Virus record (IMG/VR): IMGVR_UViG_3300028025_001015
Location: 1 to 57,781 of that record
Length of the DNA stretch: 57,781 nt
Reading direction: 5' to 3' (one strand)
Source: a virus
Taxonomy: Duplodnaviria; Caudoviricetes
Position numbers and translations under genes: made by a program. Numbering within the stretch: position 1 is the stretch's first letter; every line of letters begins with the position of its first letter. This document shows positions 26,709 to 37,333 of this stretch, one piece after another. The notes beneath the pieces were generated by a model, which saw only the letters and a list, made by a program, of their open reading frames with translations, ran no database searches and had not been told where the DNA came from.

Positions 26709-28607
26709 TCAGCCTTTAACTTTTTGTGGCGTACCAAATTGGCTGAGATCTACAGCAGTACCACCAGATCCTTCCGGTAAAGGTAGGTTTTTATTTTTGT
26801 AAAACCTTTTCCTGTGTGCTTCGTATTCATCTTCTGCCGCTTTAATTTTGGCTTTATTTTCGCTAAACCTTGCCATATTGACCTTTTGGGCCAATCCTGG
26901 GGTTAAAGGATCTTTTGCAAACTCCTTTTCTGCCTCATTCATCTCCCTGGACTGAAGCTTCTCTCCAGCAATGCCGCCAGGACTTAACGAAACTGCCTGC
27001 TCATATGCTTGGGCAGGTGTTAGATCAGGTCTGGCCTTGCGGATGAAATTGTAGTTCTGTTCAATCTGAGGCCCCTTTTCAGCGGCCACTCTTGTGTAAT
27101 GCAACTGCTCACGCTGGAACTGTTCCGTGGTCATGTTGTGACGTTTTGCTTCAGCCGCAGTTGTAATGGCCTGTTGGTAAGTAAACCTTGTTTCGGCCAG
27201 TTTAGCGGTGGCTGTGGCGGCATCCTTCTTGTCTTGAATAGCGGTGGCAAAGTCACCCCGTGCTTCAGCCCGTCTGGCGCTTTCAATCTTGTCCATGACT
27301 TCAGCACGCAAAACTTCCTGTTGACGCTCCATGACCCGTTGAGCATCCATCCGGGTTCTTGCAGACTCGTCCTCTGCCTCGCCAGCTTTGTTGAACCCCA
27401 TAAAGAATGAACCCAAAGCGCCAATACCGCCCTGGCCTCGGGTAGCTTCTGCACCAGCCATCAATCCTCTGTTTAAACGACCTTGCTTGCGCTCTTCCTC
27501 GTTCTTCAGGAACCGTGCACGATCTTCTTCGTCACGCTGTGTAATTCTTGTGTGCATTTCTTCCAGCTTTGATCCGGGCTGAGTGTTTAGGTACGGATTG
27601 TTTTTGGCAAATGCAGCCCGTTCAGCATCCCTGTCAACAGGCGTGGGCGCTTTGAGTTCATCACGCATTTTTCTCAACATTGCCAGATCATCATCTTGCG
27701 CTGGCGCACCAGCCTGTGGCGCTCCACCGGGCGCTCTGCCCCCGCCAGCACCGCCAACCCTACCAGCGCCACCGCCACCACCGCCACCACCGCCAGCACC
27801 GCCACCGCTAGGAGCAGGAGGCATCATGTTTACAGGACTTCCAAGTTGAGACTCGTCAACCTCCTGCTTGCCTTTAAACGCCATAGCCTTGGCCGCAAGT
27901 TCTGCTTGCGACAGTTTTGGAACGGCCTGTGGGCCTTTCAAAAGAATGCCAGCAGCCTTTTCTCGGCGCTCACGCTCGGTTGGCGTTAAGGATTCAAAGA
28001 AGCCGGGGCGCAAGTCATACGCCGCAGAAAGCTGGGCGCTACGTTCTTTGTTACCTTCGTCACGCTGAGATGATTTAAACCCTTCAACCAAATCGGCCAA
28101 CCCCAAGCTTCGCAAAATATCGCCAGCGGGTGATGTTGCTTTCTCGGGAACTTGACGCAGTCTTGCCTGACGCTGTCTTTCTTCCTCATCCGATGGCATG
28201 TTTTCACTGGCAGGTTGATTGGGGTTGTCTGCAAACGAAACAATCCCGCCATCACGGAAATTCATGGGGCCTGTGGGCAGTTGGGCAATACCCGCTTCAG
28301 GCTGTTCCTGTGGTTGAGGTGTGCCACCGGGTACGGGAGTTTGCTGTGCTCCCATGGCTTCAGTCATCTTCTGCTGGCCCTGGGCCTGTGCGGCCTTCTG
28401 GGCTTGGGCAAGCTTGACGGACTGCTCAATCTGATCTTTAACCGTGCCTTGAGGAGCCTGTACCTGCTTTTGCTCCATCTGCTTTCTGCGATTTAATTCA
28501 CCCAGGGCAAGGTACGGAGGAACTTCCGGGTTTGATCCATTGGCATAGGACATGATTACCTGTGTAGGCATGTCCTTTAAGCGGTCTTGTACTTGTATCA
28601 GATTCAT
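26709..28607 (-). CDS. Putative internal virion/ejection protein
   Basis: Helical, Q/A/E-rich with a poly-Gly tract; sits just upstream of the giant protein. Confidence 0.6.
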   Translation of the reverse strand: MNLIQVQDRLKDMPTQVIMSYANGSNPEVPPYLALGELNRRKQMEQKQVQAPQGTVKDQIEQSVKLAQAQKAAQAQGQQKMTEAMGAQQTPVPGGTPQPQEQPEAGIAQLPTGPMNFRDGGIVSFADNPNQPASENMPSDEEERQRQARLRQVPEKATSPAGDILRSLGLADLVEGFKSSQRDEGNKERSAQLSAAYDLRPGFFESLTPTERERREKAAGILLKGPQAVPKLSQAELAAKAMAFKGKQEVDESQLGSPVNMMPPAPSGGGAGGGGGGGGGAGRVGGAGGGRAPGGAPQAGAPAQDDDLAMLRKMRDELKAPTPVDRDAERAAFAKNNPYLNTQPGSKLEEMHTRITQRDEEDRARFLKNEEERKQGRLNRGLMAGAEATRGQGGIGALGSFFMGFNKAGEAEDESARTRMDAQRVMERQQEVLRAEVMDKIESARRAEARGDFATAIQDKKDAATATAKLAETRFTYQQAITTAAEAKRHNMTTEQFQREQLHYTRVAAEKGPQIEQNYNFIRKARPDLTPAQAYEQAVSLSPGGIAGEKLQSREMNEAEKEFAKDPLTPGLAQKVNMARFSENKAKIKAAEDEYEAHRKRFYKNKNLPLPEGSGGTAVDLSQFGTPQKVKG

Positions 28608-29920
28608 TACACAGCCTCGTCTAGGTCAAGTCCCAGGTATTTAAGAAGTTTCTTCACGGACGGGTTGGCATTTGCGGAATCTATCATCTTTGACATACCA
28701 CCCATGCTGGCAACCAATGCCGCCACATCATTGATCTGTGGGGCCTGGGATGTGATCGCAGACACTGGCAGGCCCGACAGGATGTCCCGCTGGAACTGAA
28801 TCTGTTTATACGGGAACTCACGCTGCACGTTGAATTCATCCAAGTCAGCCTTGACCCCCTCGGCCTCAATTTTGCGCTGTGCATCACCGGCAGTGAGTTG
28901 TTGCTGGAGGTTGGCAAGGTTGGCCGTGTTCTCGGTAAGTCCCAACTGGCCTTGAGCCTGTGCGGCGGCAAGCTGGTTCTTCAGGGATTCCAGGCCGTAG
29001 TTTGCACCGAACTGCTTGGACTTCTCTGCCTCTTGCTGTCCTGCCAAACCGTACTGAGCGGCCTGTTGGGCGGCAGTCATGGCCTGACCTGCACCAAACT
29101 GTCGTGAGGCTTCCTGCGCTTGCTGTGCAGACAGGCCGTACTTCGCCATAAGGTCAGCGGTTGTAGCCGATTGAGTTGCGCCAAACTGCCTAGATTGCTC
29201 CCCGGCTTGTTGGGCCTGCATCTGACGGGCTTGGTCAGCGTTGAACTGCGACATGGCCTTGTCGTAGGCCGTGTTGTATCCCTGCCCGGTAATGTTGGCA
29301 AGGTTGGATCCCAAAGCACGCTGGGTTTCAGCGTCCATGATCGCCTGACGGCCACCACCAAATGCCCCAGCCTGAGTTGCCTTGGCTTGGTTACCCAACT
29401 GAGTAATCTGGGACTGTCTACGGGCTTCTTCCAGTTGAGGATTAAGCGCAGACTGCAAGTACGGGTTCATGTACTGTTGGGCTTGGTCAGCGCCGAACGT
29501 ATCAGTGTCAAACTGACCTGCCTGATAAGCGTCCGGGGCTTGGTATTGGTTTGTGAACTGACCAGTTTGGTATGCACCGGGGGCGGCGAATTGATTGCCA
29601 AACTGCGATGGGTTGTAACTCATCCCGGCAAACCTATTCGCCACATTCCCCGCTGTGGTTGCGGCAGTGCCAATTGAACTCGGAACGGATAACCCGCCAA
29701 TACCTTGGAATGCCTTGGTTTGAAGCTGAGACTCGCCAGCGGTCAATGGCCCACCATAAGCCTCATACCCCTTGTTGCCAAGAGCCTTGGCTTTTGTGAG
29801 GTATCCGGGATCAGTGGCCGTGCCAACAATGTATGGTTGCGCCCAATCAGATAAACCAGATGAGGTTGTACCACCAGCGGTGGTGGTCATACCTGGGGTT
29901 GTTGCGGGGGTAGTTGACAT
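28607..29920 (-). CDS. Putative DNA-ejection protein
   Basis: Q/A/G-rich; YMNPY...AGAFGGGR; repeated E.SRQFGA. Confidence 0.65.
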   Translation of the reverse strand: MSTTPATTPGMTTTAGGTTSSGLSDWAQPYIVGTATDPGYLTKAKALGNKGYEAYGGPLTAGESQLQTKAFQGIGGLSVPSSIGTAATTAGNVANRFAGMSYNPSQFGNQFAAPGAYQTGQFTNQYQAPDAYQAGQFDTDTFGADQAQQYMNPYLQSALNPQLEEARRQSQITQLGNQAKATQAGAFGGGRQAIMDAETQRALGSNLANITGQGYNTAYDKAMSQFNADQARQMQAQQAGEQSRQFGATQSATTADLMAKYGLSAQQAQEASRQFGAGQAMTAAQQAAQYGLAGQQEAEKSKQFGANYGLESLKNQLAAAQAQGQLGLTENTANLANLQQQLTAGDAQRKIEAEGVKADLDEFNVQREFPYKQIQFQRDILSGLPVSAITSQAPQINDVAALVASMGGMSKMIDSANANPSVKKLLKYLGLDLDEAV

Positions 29921-29929
29921 GTTTAAACC

Positions 29930-30931
29930 TCAAGCGGGTAAATATTTTTCAGCCTTGGTGTTGGCGGCAATGTTTTTATGATTTCGGGCCTTCTTGACTC
30001 TGTCCATCATTGCGTAGAGCTTCTTTGCCCCGGCCTCTGTGGAACCATTCCCAAGTTCTGAAACGATACGGGCGGGGATAACGAACTCCCCATCAGACAA
30101 CCTCGCTGGTCGTGATTGGCCTATTTTCGCAGGAATTGAGTCGGAAACACCATCCCCTGGGCCTTTTAATAGCCTACCGCCATCTGAGTAGCCACCCAGA
30201 TCACCAATACCACCACCAGCGGCCCTGTACTCAACGTCAGTAAAGTACTTCTTACCACCAGCGCCGGGGCGGGTGTAGCCCTGCTGACCGGGGGCCGCAT
30301 AGGGAGTCATTTCCCGTTTGGCAGTTAAATTGGGGATGGATGGCTGTGTGGCCTGTTGAGCCGCAGACATGCCAGACCCACCCTGTTGCTTGGCAATCAT
30401 TGCCAACAGCATTGGCATGAGAAGGGACATCATGTCCTTCTTGGACATCTGATCAGGGCCAGCTTTTTTGTTTGCCTGTTGCAATGCTTTGTAGGCGGCT
30501 GAGATGCCACCCATCAAACCATTTTTGTCCACCGGGTTCATGGCTGTGCCGCCAGGGCTTGCCTCTTCCCGTGCTATGGCTTGTTTTTCCCTTTGGTCTA
30601 ACCCTGGAGGGGGAAGAAAACCGAAGCTTTGATCATTGCCGGGGATGGTTTGGCTGCCCTTCAACATGGCAAGATAGTCTTCAAGGTCTTGATCACGGCG
30701 ACCCGTGTCACCAAGAATGGCAGGTGTTGGCCCGTCTACCCTGTCAGGAAACTGCGTGTTTTGGTTTATCCCAGATTCATCATTGAAGAACCGGGAGTAG
30801 TCATAGGTTTGATCTGATGGCGCAGTTAAAGATCGTGTGGACGGCGCAGTTTCAGAATACGAAGGAGCATCAAACTCTGATGCGGCATCAAAATACCGGG
30901 AATAGTCTTCTTCGTCATCCATAAGGGCCAC
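29930..30931 (-). CDS. Putative virion protein
   Basis: C-terminal GPGDGVSDSIPA...RLSDGEFVIPA motif, seen in phage virion proteins. Confidence 0.6.
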   Translation of the reverse strand: MALMDDEEDYSRYFDAASEFDAPSYSETAPSTRSLTAPSDQTYDYSRFFNDESGINQNTQFPDRVDGPTPAILGDTGRRDQDLEDYLAMLKGSQTIPGNDQSFGFLPPPGLDQREKQAIAREEASPGGTAMNPVDKNGLMGGISAAYKALQQANKKAGPDQMSKKDMMSLLMPMLLAMIAKQQGGSGMSAAQQATQPSIPNLTAKREMTPYAAPGQQGYTRPGAGGKKYFTDVEYRAAGGGIGDLGGYSDGGRLLKGPGDGVSDSIPAKIGQSRPARLSDGEFVIPARIVSELGNGSTEAGAKKLYAMMDRVKKARNHKNIAANTKAEKYLPA

Positions 30932-32897
30932 CTTGGGTGTTCTGCGGGTTATACGGGGAAAGAATACCAGAAAACAGCCCTGATTGCACCACTTCCGGGT
31001 TGGGCAATGCGAGGGGTTGCGGCTTCTGTTGGGGTTGAGTCTGCGGGGTCTGTGGAGCCTGTGGGTTCAACACGCTGTATTCAGGATTTGTTGAGTAAGG
31101 TGTGCCCCGCTCCTTGCGCTTGGCAATCTGGCTGGGGTCTTGTAGATAGTCTGGGATGACCTGTGCCGCTTGGGACAATGCGTCCGTTGCGGACATGGGG
31201 CCTGTTGGGCCTGTGGTGGTTCGGGGCCTTTGCACAAACTGATTGACATCCAGTTTGTTGATTTCTTTTACGATGCCCTCAAACATGTTGTGAATCACCT
31301 TGCCATCAAAGTCCGTGACCTCTCCGGTCTTGGCGTTATACAAGCCTGCGTTTTCTGGCAAAGCGTATAAGTCCTCGCCCACCTCAGTTATCTGTGAGGC
31401 AAAGTAATTTTGAGTTATGTCTGAGCCTTCATTCTCAAGGTCAACAGCTTTTGCATACTTGTACTCATCAGGATTTTTAAAACCTGTCTTTTCTGCATTT
31501 ACTTGATCTGCATAGTTGTCCCACCCAGCCGTTTTGGACTTGTCGTTATTCTCATTCCATGTTTTGGCATCAATGTTGTTGTCGGTGGCTAACTTGTAGT
31601 CCTGGCCTGTTTTGAAGCCAAGATCAGTGCCCTTGGTGTAATCGGCTTGAGTTTCAAATCCTCTGGTGGTGGCATCGTCATAAGTTGTTTTATCGGCAAA
31701 CCCTTTTGCCATCCCCTGTTTAAATTCTTCGGGATCAGTCCATTTGCCGTCTTTGTATTTGTTGTATTGATCAAGGCTGGCAATGCCCAACTGATTGGCA
31801 TCAACAAAATCATTCTTTAACGTGAAGCCGCCCTGTTTGGCCTCATTCAACTGAGCAAGGTTGTCAAACCCGCCAGACTTCAAGTCCATCAGGTCTGCTC
31901 TGTTGGATATGCCGTAGCCCTTGGCTTCTCTTAATTCATTGCCACTGGCAAATCCACCAGCAATCGCCTCATCGTATTCTCCAATATTGGTTATCCCAAG
32001 CTTGTCTGCGGCTTTAAACGTCTTGGCATCCGTGAACCCACCTTCTTCTGCCGCTTGCTTTTGCCAGGGGTTGTCATAACCAACAGCCATTGCGGCCTTT
32101 GAGGCGGTCTGAATAGATGAATACAGGGCATCTGTTACAAGTTTAGATGCCGCAGATTTATCGCCCAGCACAGTCTTTACGCCATCAATGGCGGCGGCTT
32201 GTTGTTTTGGCGTAAGACTTGTCCAGTTAGGGGTGTATTCTTTTGCAAGATATGCCAGACCCGCATCAGATACACCTGACGCAACAATTTCCCCTACTGT
32301 TAGCTTGCCGCCTTTGGCGGCATTGGCAATAATACCTGCGGATATATTCCCAGCCGCTTTACCCACTGCCATGGAACCAGTTGCGCCAGTTACACCAGTT
32401 GCAGGGACGTAGCCGCCCGTTATATCTCCAGTGACCGGATCACCTGCAACGTAATCCCCAGCCGCCGCAGAGGCCGAAGAAATAACATAGGCTTTTGCAC
32501 CCTCTTTGATCATGTCCTCTGCGGACGTTTGTTTGCTTGTTACCTTGGCCGTGGCCTGGATATAGGGTATGAGTTTTAATGAAGCGCCATTAGTATATGG
32601 AGCGGCGGCAATACAGGCAATAATGGCGGCGTATTGGAGCGGGTCTTTTTCAGCGGCCTTACCAATACCGTGTACAACATCTGACACCTCCTTGACAGCG
32701 CCAGTTAATCCAATATCCTTAGAAAACTGAGTTGCCTCCCGGCTTATGGCAGATATGCCAACGGTTTTGTCAAAGTCAGATAGGGCTTGCCCCACTGAGG
32801 CCGTTGCGCCAGATACGGCCTTTGCGGTTCCAGCCGTGCCGCTGTCAGTACCAATTGCTCTTGAAACTGTATTGGCCGTTCGGTTAACAAATCCCAT
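30915..32897 (-). CDS. Putative virion protein with about 14-aa GF...Y..A repeats
   Basis: 660-aa ORF; the central region has recurring G(F/I)...(D/E)(Y/F)..A...G units. Confidence 0.65.
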   Translation of the reverse strand: MGFVNRTANTVSRAIGTDSGTAGTAKAVSGATASVGQALSDFDKTVGISAISREATQFSKDIGLTGAVKEVSDVVHGIGKAAEKDPLQYAAIIACIAAAPYTNGASLKLIPYIQATAKVTSKQTSAEDMIKEGAKAYVISSASAAAGDYVAGDPVTGDITGGYVPATGVTGATGSMAVGKAAGNISAGIIANAAKGGKLTVGEIVASGVSDAGLAYLAKEYTPNWTSLTPKQQAAAIDGVKTVLGDKSAASKLVTDALYSSIQTASKAAMAVGYDNPWQKQAAEEGGFTDAKTFKAADKLGITNIGEYDEAIAGGFASGNELREAKGYGISNRADLMDLKSGGFDNLAQLNEAKQGGFTLKNDFVDANQLGIASLDQYNKYKDGKWTDPEEFKQGMAKGFADKTTYDDATTRGFETQADYTKGTDLGFKTGQDYKLATDNNIDAKTWNENNDKSKTAGWDNYADQVNAEKTGFKNPDEYKYAKAVDLENEGSDITQNYFASQITEVGEDLYALPENAGLYNAKTGEVTDFDGKVIHNMFEGIVKEINKLDVNQFVQRPRTTTGPTGPMSATDALSQAAQVIPDYLQDPSQIAKRKERGTPYSTNPEYSVLNPQAPQTPQTQPQQKPQPLALPNPEVVQSGLFSGILSPYNPQNTQGGPYG

Positions 32898-33292
32898 TAC
32901 AGACTCACTTCCGCTTTGAATGTTTTGTACTTGCCTTCGTTGACTTCATTTAACTTCGTTGGAAAATCAAACTGTTTAACAAGGGCATGTATTTTTGGAT
33001 TGTCGTAATATGTAAAAGCCTTTTTAACGCCGTCTGCTTTCAGGCGCTTGAGGAACTTATTTGTGTTTGCCAACAAGGCATCTGATCGCTCTGCGTTGCT
33101 TGTGTGCCATTCAATGGTGTCTTCCCCCGCCGGGTCAACCATATAAATGGTATTGCCAACCCGATACATTTTTGTGCCTTGTTCAATGAGCAACTTAAAA
33201 CCTTTATAGTTTTGCTCTGCATCAAAATTATCGCCCTTGTAATTTTTCGCCAGATCGGCATCAAGGATTTCTCTGATGGTCATCTTTTCCAT
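32897..33292 (-). CDS. hypothetical protein
   Basis: ORF track; coupled to neighbours. Confidence 0.65.
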   Translation of the reverse strand: MEKMTIREILDADLAKNYKGDNFDAEQNYKGFKLLIEQGTKMYRVGNTIYMVDPAGEDTIEWHTSNAERSDALLANTNKFLKRLKADGVKKAFTYYDNPKIHALVKQFDFPTKLNEVNEGKYKTFKAEVSL

Positions 33293-33293
33293 G

Positions 33294-33617
33294 TCAGCCC
33301 ACCTTCCAATTCGTGCCGTCTGAATACACGGGCGTGGCTACAGCGCCGCCTGTCACTACCGTTGCCCCAAACACTGGAGCCAGAGCATCAGACACAAATG
33401 TCCTAGCGCCCTTGCCGCTGGTTACCGCACTGGGCAGCGTAGCCACTGTGTAAACAGAATACAGCAGGTTGCGGTCTGTGGTGAGTTGTTGGGTGGCGTT
33501 ATCCAACTGGTTGAAATACAACCGCAGGATGTTCATAAACTGCTCTTGGTACGCTGGTTCATACGCCAACGGCGCATTGGGCATCCGTGGCGCAACAACC
33601 TTGGAAATGTCAGTCAT
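33294..33617 (-). CDS. hypothetical virion-associated protein
   Basis: LRLYFNQLD...SDGTNW; located in the tail block. Confidence 0.65.
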   Translation of the reverse strand: MTDISKVVAPRMPNAPLAYEPAYQEQFMNILRLYFNQLDNATQQLTTDRNLLYSVYTVATLPSAVTSGKGARTFVSDALAPVFGATVVTGGAVATPVYSDGTNWKVG

Positions 33618-35710
33618 CGTCTGCCGTCCTGACGGATATCAATCCGTGGTGAGCCTGCTTGCCACTGAACGCCCAAAGTGGTTGATCTGTACTCCATGGA
33701 TATTTGACGGCCACGCACCCTGATGTACACCTGACCAGTGAACGCCTCAATTGGAACCGTTGCCGTGCGGGTGACTGTGGCGTTGTCAGACCCGCCCAGG
33801 GATGTGGGACTGTTATACCCAGAGCCAGAGTTCTGCATGGGCTTGAGATACATGGTGACCTGTGGGTTTGCGGCTGTGGAGCCAACAAACTTCACATCAG
33901 GCAGCACCCGCCAGATAAACCCGAACCTGTCCCCGTCCTCTATGTCAAACTCAGATGAGGTGATGAAGGACTCAATGGGCAGAGTCGTTGCTGTTTCAGA
34001 GTTATCCACGCCCTGTTCATGGTTGACGATGTTGTAGCTGTATGTAGCGGCCAAGGGGTGATCCCGTAAGCCGGTGTCAAGCCATGCCGTCCGAGCAAGT
34101 GACCCGTAGTACCAGCATCCCTGACCCTGATTCTCTGCGTAGTTAAATACCACATAGCTGTCGATGGTGTAGTCCAGACTTTCATCGCTGACGTAGAACC
34201 ACCAGATTTCATTGAAGCCTTCGTTCGTCCCGGCAAACACTTGCTGATACTGAAGCTTGTTGATTCTTTCAAACACATATTGACGCAGATCGCAGTTCAG
34301 CGTCTGAGTGCGCCCATCGTATTTGTAGAACTTATCCACACCCATCCAGTACGCCACGCCGTTGGCGTAGGCAACAGCGTTTTCAGATGCAATGGATGTG
34401 TTTTCGCCCACAAGCTGGGAACCCCACACAACAGGTGGCCCAACGTATTGCAAGGAGTACAAGGAGGAATCTGTCCACACCAATATCTCTTGCCGGGACT
34501 GTATGGCGGTGACGATCTCTGAGCCATGGGAGAGGAGCAAGCTGCCAGCCTGATTGGTTGCGGCTGGAGTCCAGGTTACCGGAGCCTCCTGATCTGACCA
34601 GCGAATCAGCATTGGGTTTTGGGCAGATGACCCGTAATCGTTTGTTCCAAAGGCAAACACAAACCTGCTTGTGTCGGACACAAGAATGAAGTTCTGTATC
34701 ACCGGGACGCTCGACCCGCCTCCCAAAGCCGTCAGGGCAACACCTCTGGGGGAGAATGAATGAGTGCCTGACTGTGTTCCGGTGGTGGTTATAGCCGACC
34801 CGCCATAGGTAGCGGCAAGGCTGAACTGCGTACCAGACACGTTTACAACGTAATAGACTGTACCCACCAGTAGGCCGGTGGGCAAAGCCCCGGTGGTGGT
34901 CAACGTCAAAGCTGTTCCGTTTGTGAGGTTTAAACTGGTGGACAGAACCCCTGGGCTGGCAATCGTTACGGTAAAGACGGAACCAAGGAAACCCACTGAC
35001 GCATCCCAGTAGTAAATTGGCCCGGCTCGGGGGCCAAAGATCAAGTCTTCGCCAAAGTTGGACTGACTCCATAGACGCAGGGAGTCAGTGGACGTTGTAC
35101 CAAACCCCCACGTTCCGGAACCCCACGGGCCTGCGCCCCAACCTGCCAAAGGAACTGCATATGCAGGGCCAACATTGATCTGATACACGGCGTAGACAGT
35201 GCCCCCGCCAGTGGTAGTGGATGTTGCCGCAGAGGCGGCTTGGATGGTGTAAGTGGTTGCGCCGGTAACAGTAATCTGATACTCGCCAGAGATGGTCAAG
35301 CCACCAACTGCCGTTCCACCTGTGAACGTGACAAAGTCGTTTGTGATGTACCCGCCAGCGGCATCCGTCACGGTGACGGTGGTTGATAGGTTGGTGGTGG
35401 CAAACGGGTTGGTCAGCGTGGACAACGATCTGACCGGGGTGATGTCGTAGTACGCCCCGCCGTTCTCAATATAGAACTTCAGGTTTGTGCCAACCCCCAA
35501 AAGGTTGGCAGCGCCCAGCGTTACCCAAGCCCACAGGGATCGGCAAATGCCAACAAATGTGCTGGCAGAGATACGAACCCAGCCGCCAATCTTCTCTGGC
35601 GTACCTTGGCGAAAACGAATCTTGTCGCTGTCATACCACCCGTTCTCATTGGTGTACCGTGTGTTTTCTCTGTTTACACCGGGCCTGAGTTGAATTTTTT
35701 TGAGTGGCAT
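33614..35710 (-). CDS. Tail nozzle/stabilisation-like protein
   Basis: Beta-rich 698-aa ORF with IRWSDQE, YWMG..FY.YDG, EIWWFY; position typical of a podovirus tail hub. Exact family is inferred. Confidence 0.6.
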   Translation of the reverse strand: MPLKKIQLRPGVNRENTRYTNENGWYDSDKIRFRQGTPEKIGGWVRISASTFVGICRSLWAWVTLGAANLLGVGTNLKFYIENGGAYYDITPVRSLSTLTNPFATTNLSTTVTVTDAAGGYITNDFVTFTGGTAVGGLTISGEYQITVTGATTYTIQAASAATSTTTGGGTVYAVYQINVGPAYAVPLAGWGAGPWGSGTWGFGTTSTDSLRLWSQSNFGEDLIFGPRAGPIYYWDASVGFLGSVFTVTIASPGVLSTSLNLTNGTALTLTTTGALPTGLLVGTVYYVVNVSGTQFSLAATYGGSAITTTGTQSGTHSFSPRGVALTALGGGSSVPVIQNFILVSDTSRFVFAFGTNDYGSSAQNPMLIRWSDQEAPVTWTPAATNQAGSLLLSHGSEIVTAIQSRQEILVWTDSSLYSLQYVGPPVVWGSQLVGENTSIASENAVAYANGVAYWMGVDKFYKYDGRTQTLNCDLRQYVFERINKLQYQQVFAGTNEGFNEIWWFYVSDESLDYTIDSYVVFNYAENQGQGCWYYGSLARTAWLDTGLRDHPLAATYSYNIVNHEQGVDNSETATTLPIESFITSSEFDIEDGDRFGFIWRVLPDVKFVGSTAANPQVTMYLKPMQNSGSGYNSPTSLGGSDNATVTRTATVPIEAFTGQVYIRVRGRQISMEYRSTTLGVQWQAGSPRIDIRQDGRR

Positions 35711-35718
35711 GATCTACC

Positions 35719-36195
35719 TTATGACAAGAACATGGCTCGTTCATCGATACGCCGATTTTGCAGCCCTTTGAGTATTTTCCCACCAGCCATGCAATACTTC
35801 AAGAGTTCTTCCGCAGCACCCGCTTTATCGCCCCGAAGCAGCTTTTGACGAAGCGTTGAACGCTGGAGTGTTCCAAGACCGACATTGAAACTAAAGCTAA
35901 CAAGGCTATCATACATACCTTGTGTAAGGGGAACGGGGCAGAACTGAGCCACTCCACGCTCAAACCTTGCAAGATCGCTTCTGAGAATCCCATCTACTTC
36001 TTCCTTTGAAAACGTGCGGCTATCTTCTGGGCGAAGCGGATAAGCTCCTCTTTGATCCATTGGTATCTTAGCTTGGTCTGGGTAAAGTACATGTCCAACT
36101 CCTATTGTCCAAAGCAGGGCTGGGCACCGATACGGCTTGTACCGAATACCCTCGTGATGGCAGATGACCTCGCAAGCCTTGGGGCTGACGTTCAT
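35719..36195 (-). CDS. Endolysin (GH24 lysozyme)
   Basis: HEG...PYRCPA..WTIGVGH; SFSFNVG; GLQNRR..E. Confidence 0.9.
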   Translation of the reverse strand: MNVSPKACEVICHHEGIRYKPYRCPALLWTIGVGHVLYPDQAKIPMDQRGAYPLRPEDSRTFSKEEVDGILRSDLARFERGVAQFCPVPLTQGMYDSLVSFSFNVGLGTLQRSTLRQKLLRGDKAGAAEELLKYCMAGGKILKGLQNRRIDERAMFLS

Positions 36196-36707
36196 TTGCC
36201 GAACGCCCTGCCGCCAAAATGGAAGGCAATGATTGAGGCAAACAGAGCCTGGGTTTCATCATCCCACAGTTGGTTTGCCATTTCCGCAAAGCTCACACTG
36301 CTGTTGAAGCCGTGCCAGATCAGGGCACAGTCAATGCCCACCAGAAGCAGGAAGAAGCCGTAGGTGATGACTGGGCGCACGCTGGCACGCAGGTTCTTCA
36401 TCCAAGTGCTTGTGCCTTCATTCAGGCTGGTGTCGTGGGCGTATATAGCCTGCATCTCAGCCTGTTGAGCGCCAATCAGGGCTTGCTTCTCATTGGATTT
36501 GGTTTCCATCTCCAGTTGCTCTGACTTGATATGCTCAACCCGCTCCTGGGCTTCAAAGCCCAGTTTTCGCATTTCTAACTCCCGCTGAATCTGAAGCTGG
36601 GCCAAGGCCATCTCATGCTTTTTGTCACTGCGGTCTTGGAAGAATTCCAGCAACTTGGGCAAGCCACCCATCAGGAAAGAGATCAGGGTTGAAAATAGGG
36701 TCAGCAT
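36192..36707 (-). CDS. Putative holin-like membrane protein
   Basis: Hydrophobic N-terminus; LRASVRPVITY plus TM helices; C-terminal FHFGGR; adjacent to the lysozyme. Confidence 0.6.
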   Translation of the reverse strand: MLTLFSTLISFLMGGLPKLLEFFQDRSDKKHEMALAQLQIQRELEMRKLGFEAQERVEHIKSEQLEMETKSNEKQALIGAQQAEMQAIYAHDTSLNEGTSTWMKNLRASVRPVITYGFFLLLVGIDCALIWHGFNSSVSFAEMANQLWDDETQALFASIIAFHFGGRAFGK

Positions 36708-37333
36708 TACTGTTTACTCCTTGAAAGCATTGTTGCCGCTATGAGCAGCAGGTTGTTAATCTTTTCCATGTCTTCAGGCTGTTCGGCCCATCCAACGGTA
36801 ATCTGTCCAATGAACCTGCTGGGGTCAGGTGGAACACCCACTCTACACCCATAGGTTATTCCCTTCTCAATGTACCAAAGGCCAATCTCACTCTGCGCCT
36901 GGGTGTAGCTGCCGCAGGGTATCTCCCCCGCCATCAGCGCCACCACATCCTTGTTGTTGGCTGAATTGGATGTAAACAGTCCGACATCCAGCCCGTCATT
37001 AATCTTGTCCCGGCCTTCCTTTGTGTAGGCTCTGTGTAGCACCCGTGTGCCAAACATGGGGTTGACCTTGAACACTGCCACAACCACTGCCCCAGTATGC
37101 TTGAACAGGTGTGACGCCGCATCCTCAATTCTGTCTTCTGCAATGGAGGGCATCTTCTGGTTCTCCCGGTATGCCCCCACCAACAATTCTTGGTTCTGCC
37201 AAAGAAAATACCCCGAGAAAGCCACCACACCCATCACCAGGATGGCGATCAGTTTAAACGGGCTGTCCACATAGGCCAGCACCTTGCTCAAGGTGTCATC
37301 TGGGTTCGGCTTCTCGTTTGGCATCTTCTTCAA
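36707..37333 (-). CDS. Membrane-anchored hypothetical protein
   Basis: One N-terminal TM helix; located in the lysis block. Confidence 0.65.
   Translation of the reverse strand: MKKMPNEKPNPDDTLSKVLAYVDSPFKLIAILVMGVVAFSGYFLWQNQELLVGAYRENQKMPSIAEDRIEDAASHLFKHTGAVVVAVFKVNPMFGTRVLHRAYTKEGRDKINDGLDVGLFTSNSANNKDVVALMAGEIPCGSYTQAQSEIGLWYIEKGITYGCRVGVPPDPSRFIGQITVGWAEQPEDMEKINNLLLIAATMLSRSKQ

Noticed and set aside
27755-27810. (CCA/CCG)n repeat
   Set aside because: It is a codon-phase repeat encoding the poly-Gly linker of ORF 26709..28607.
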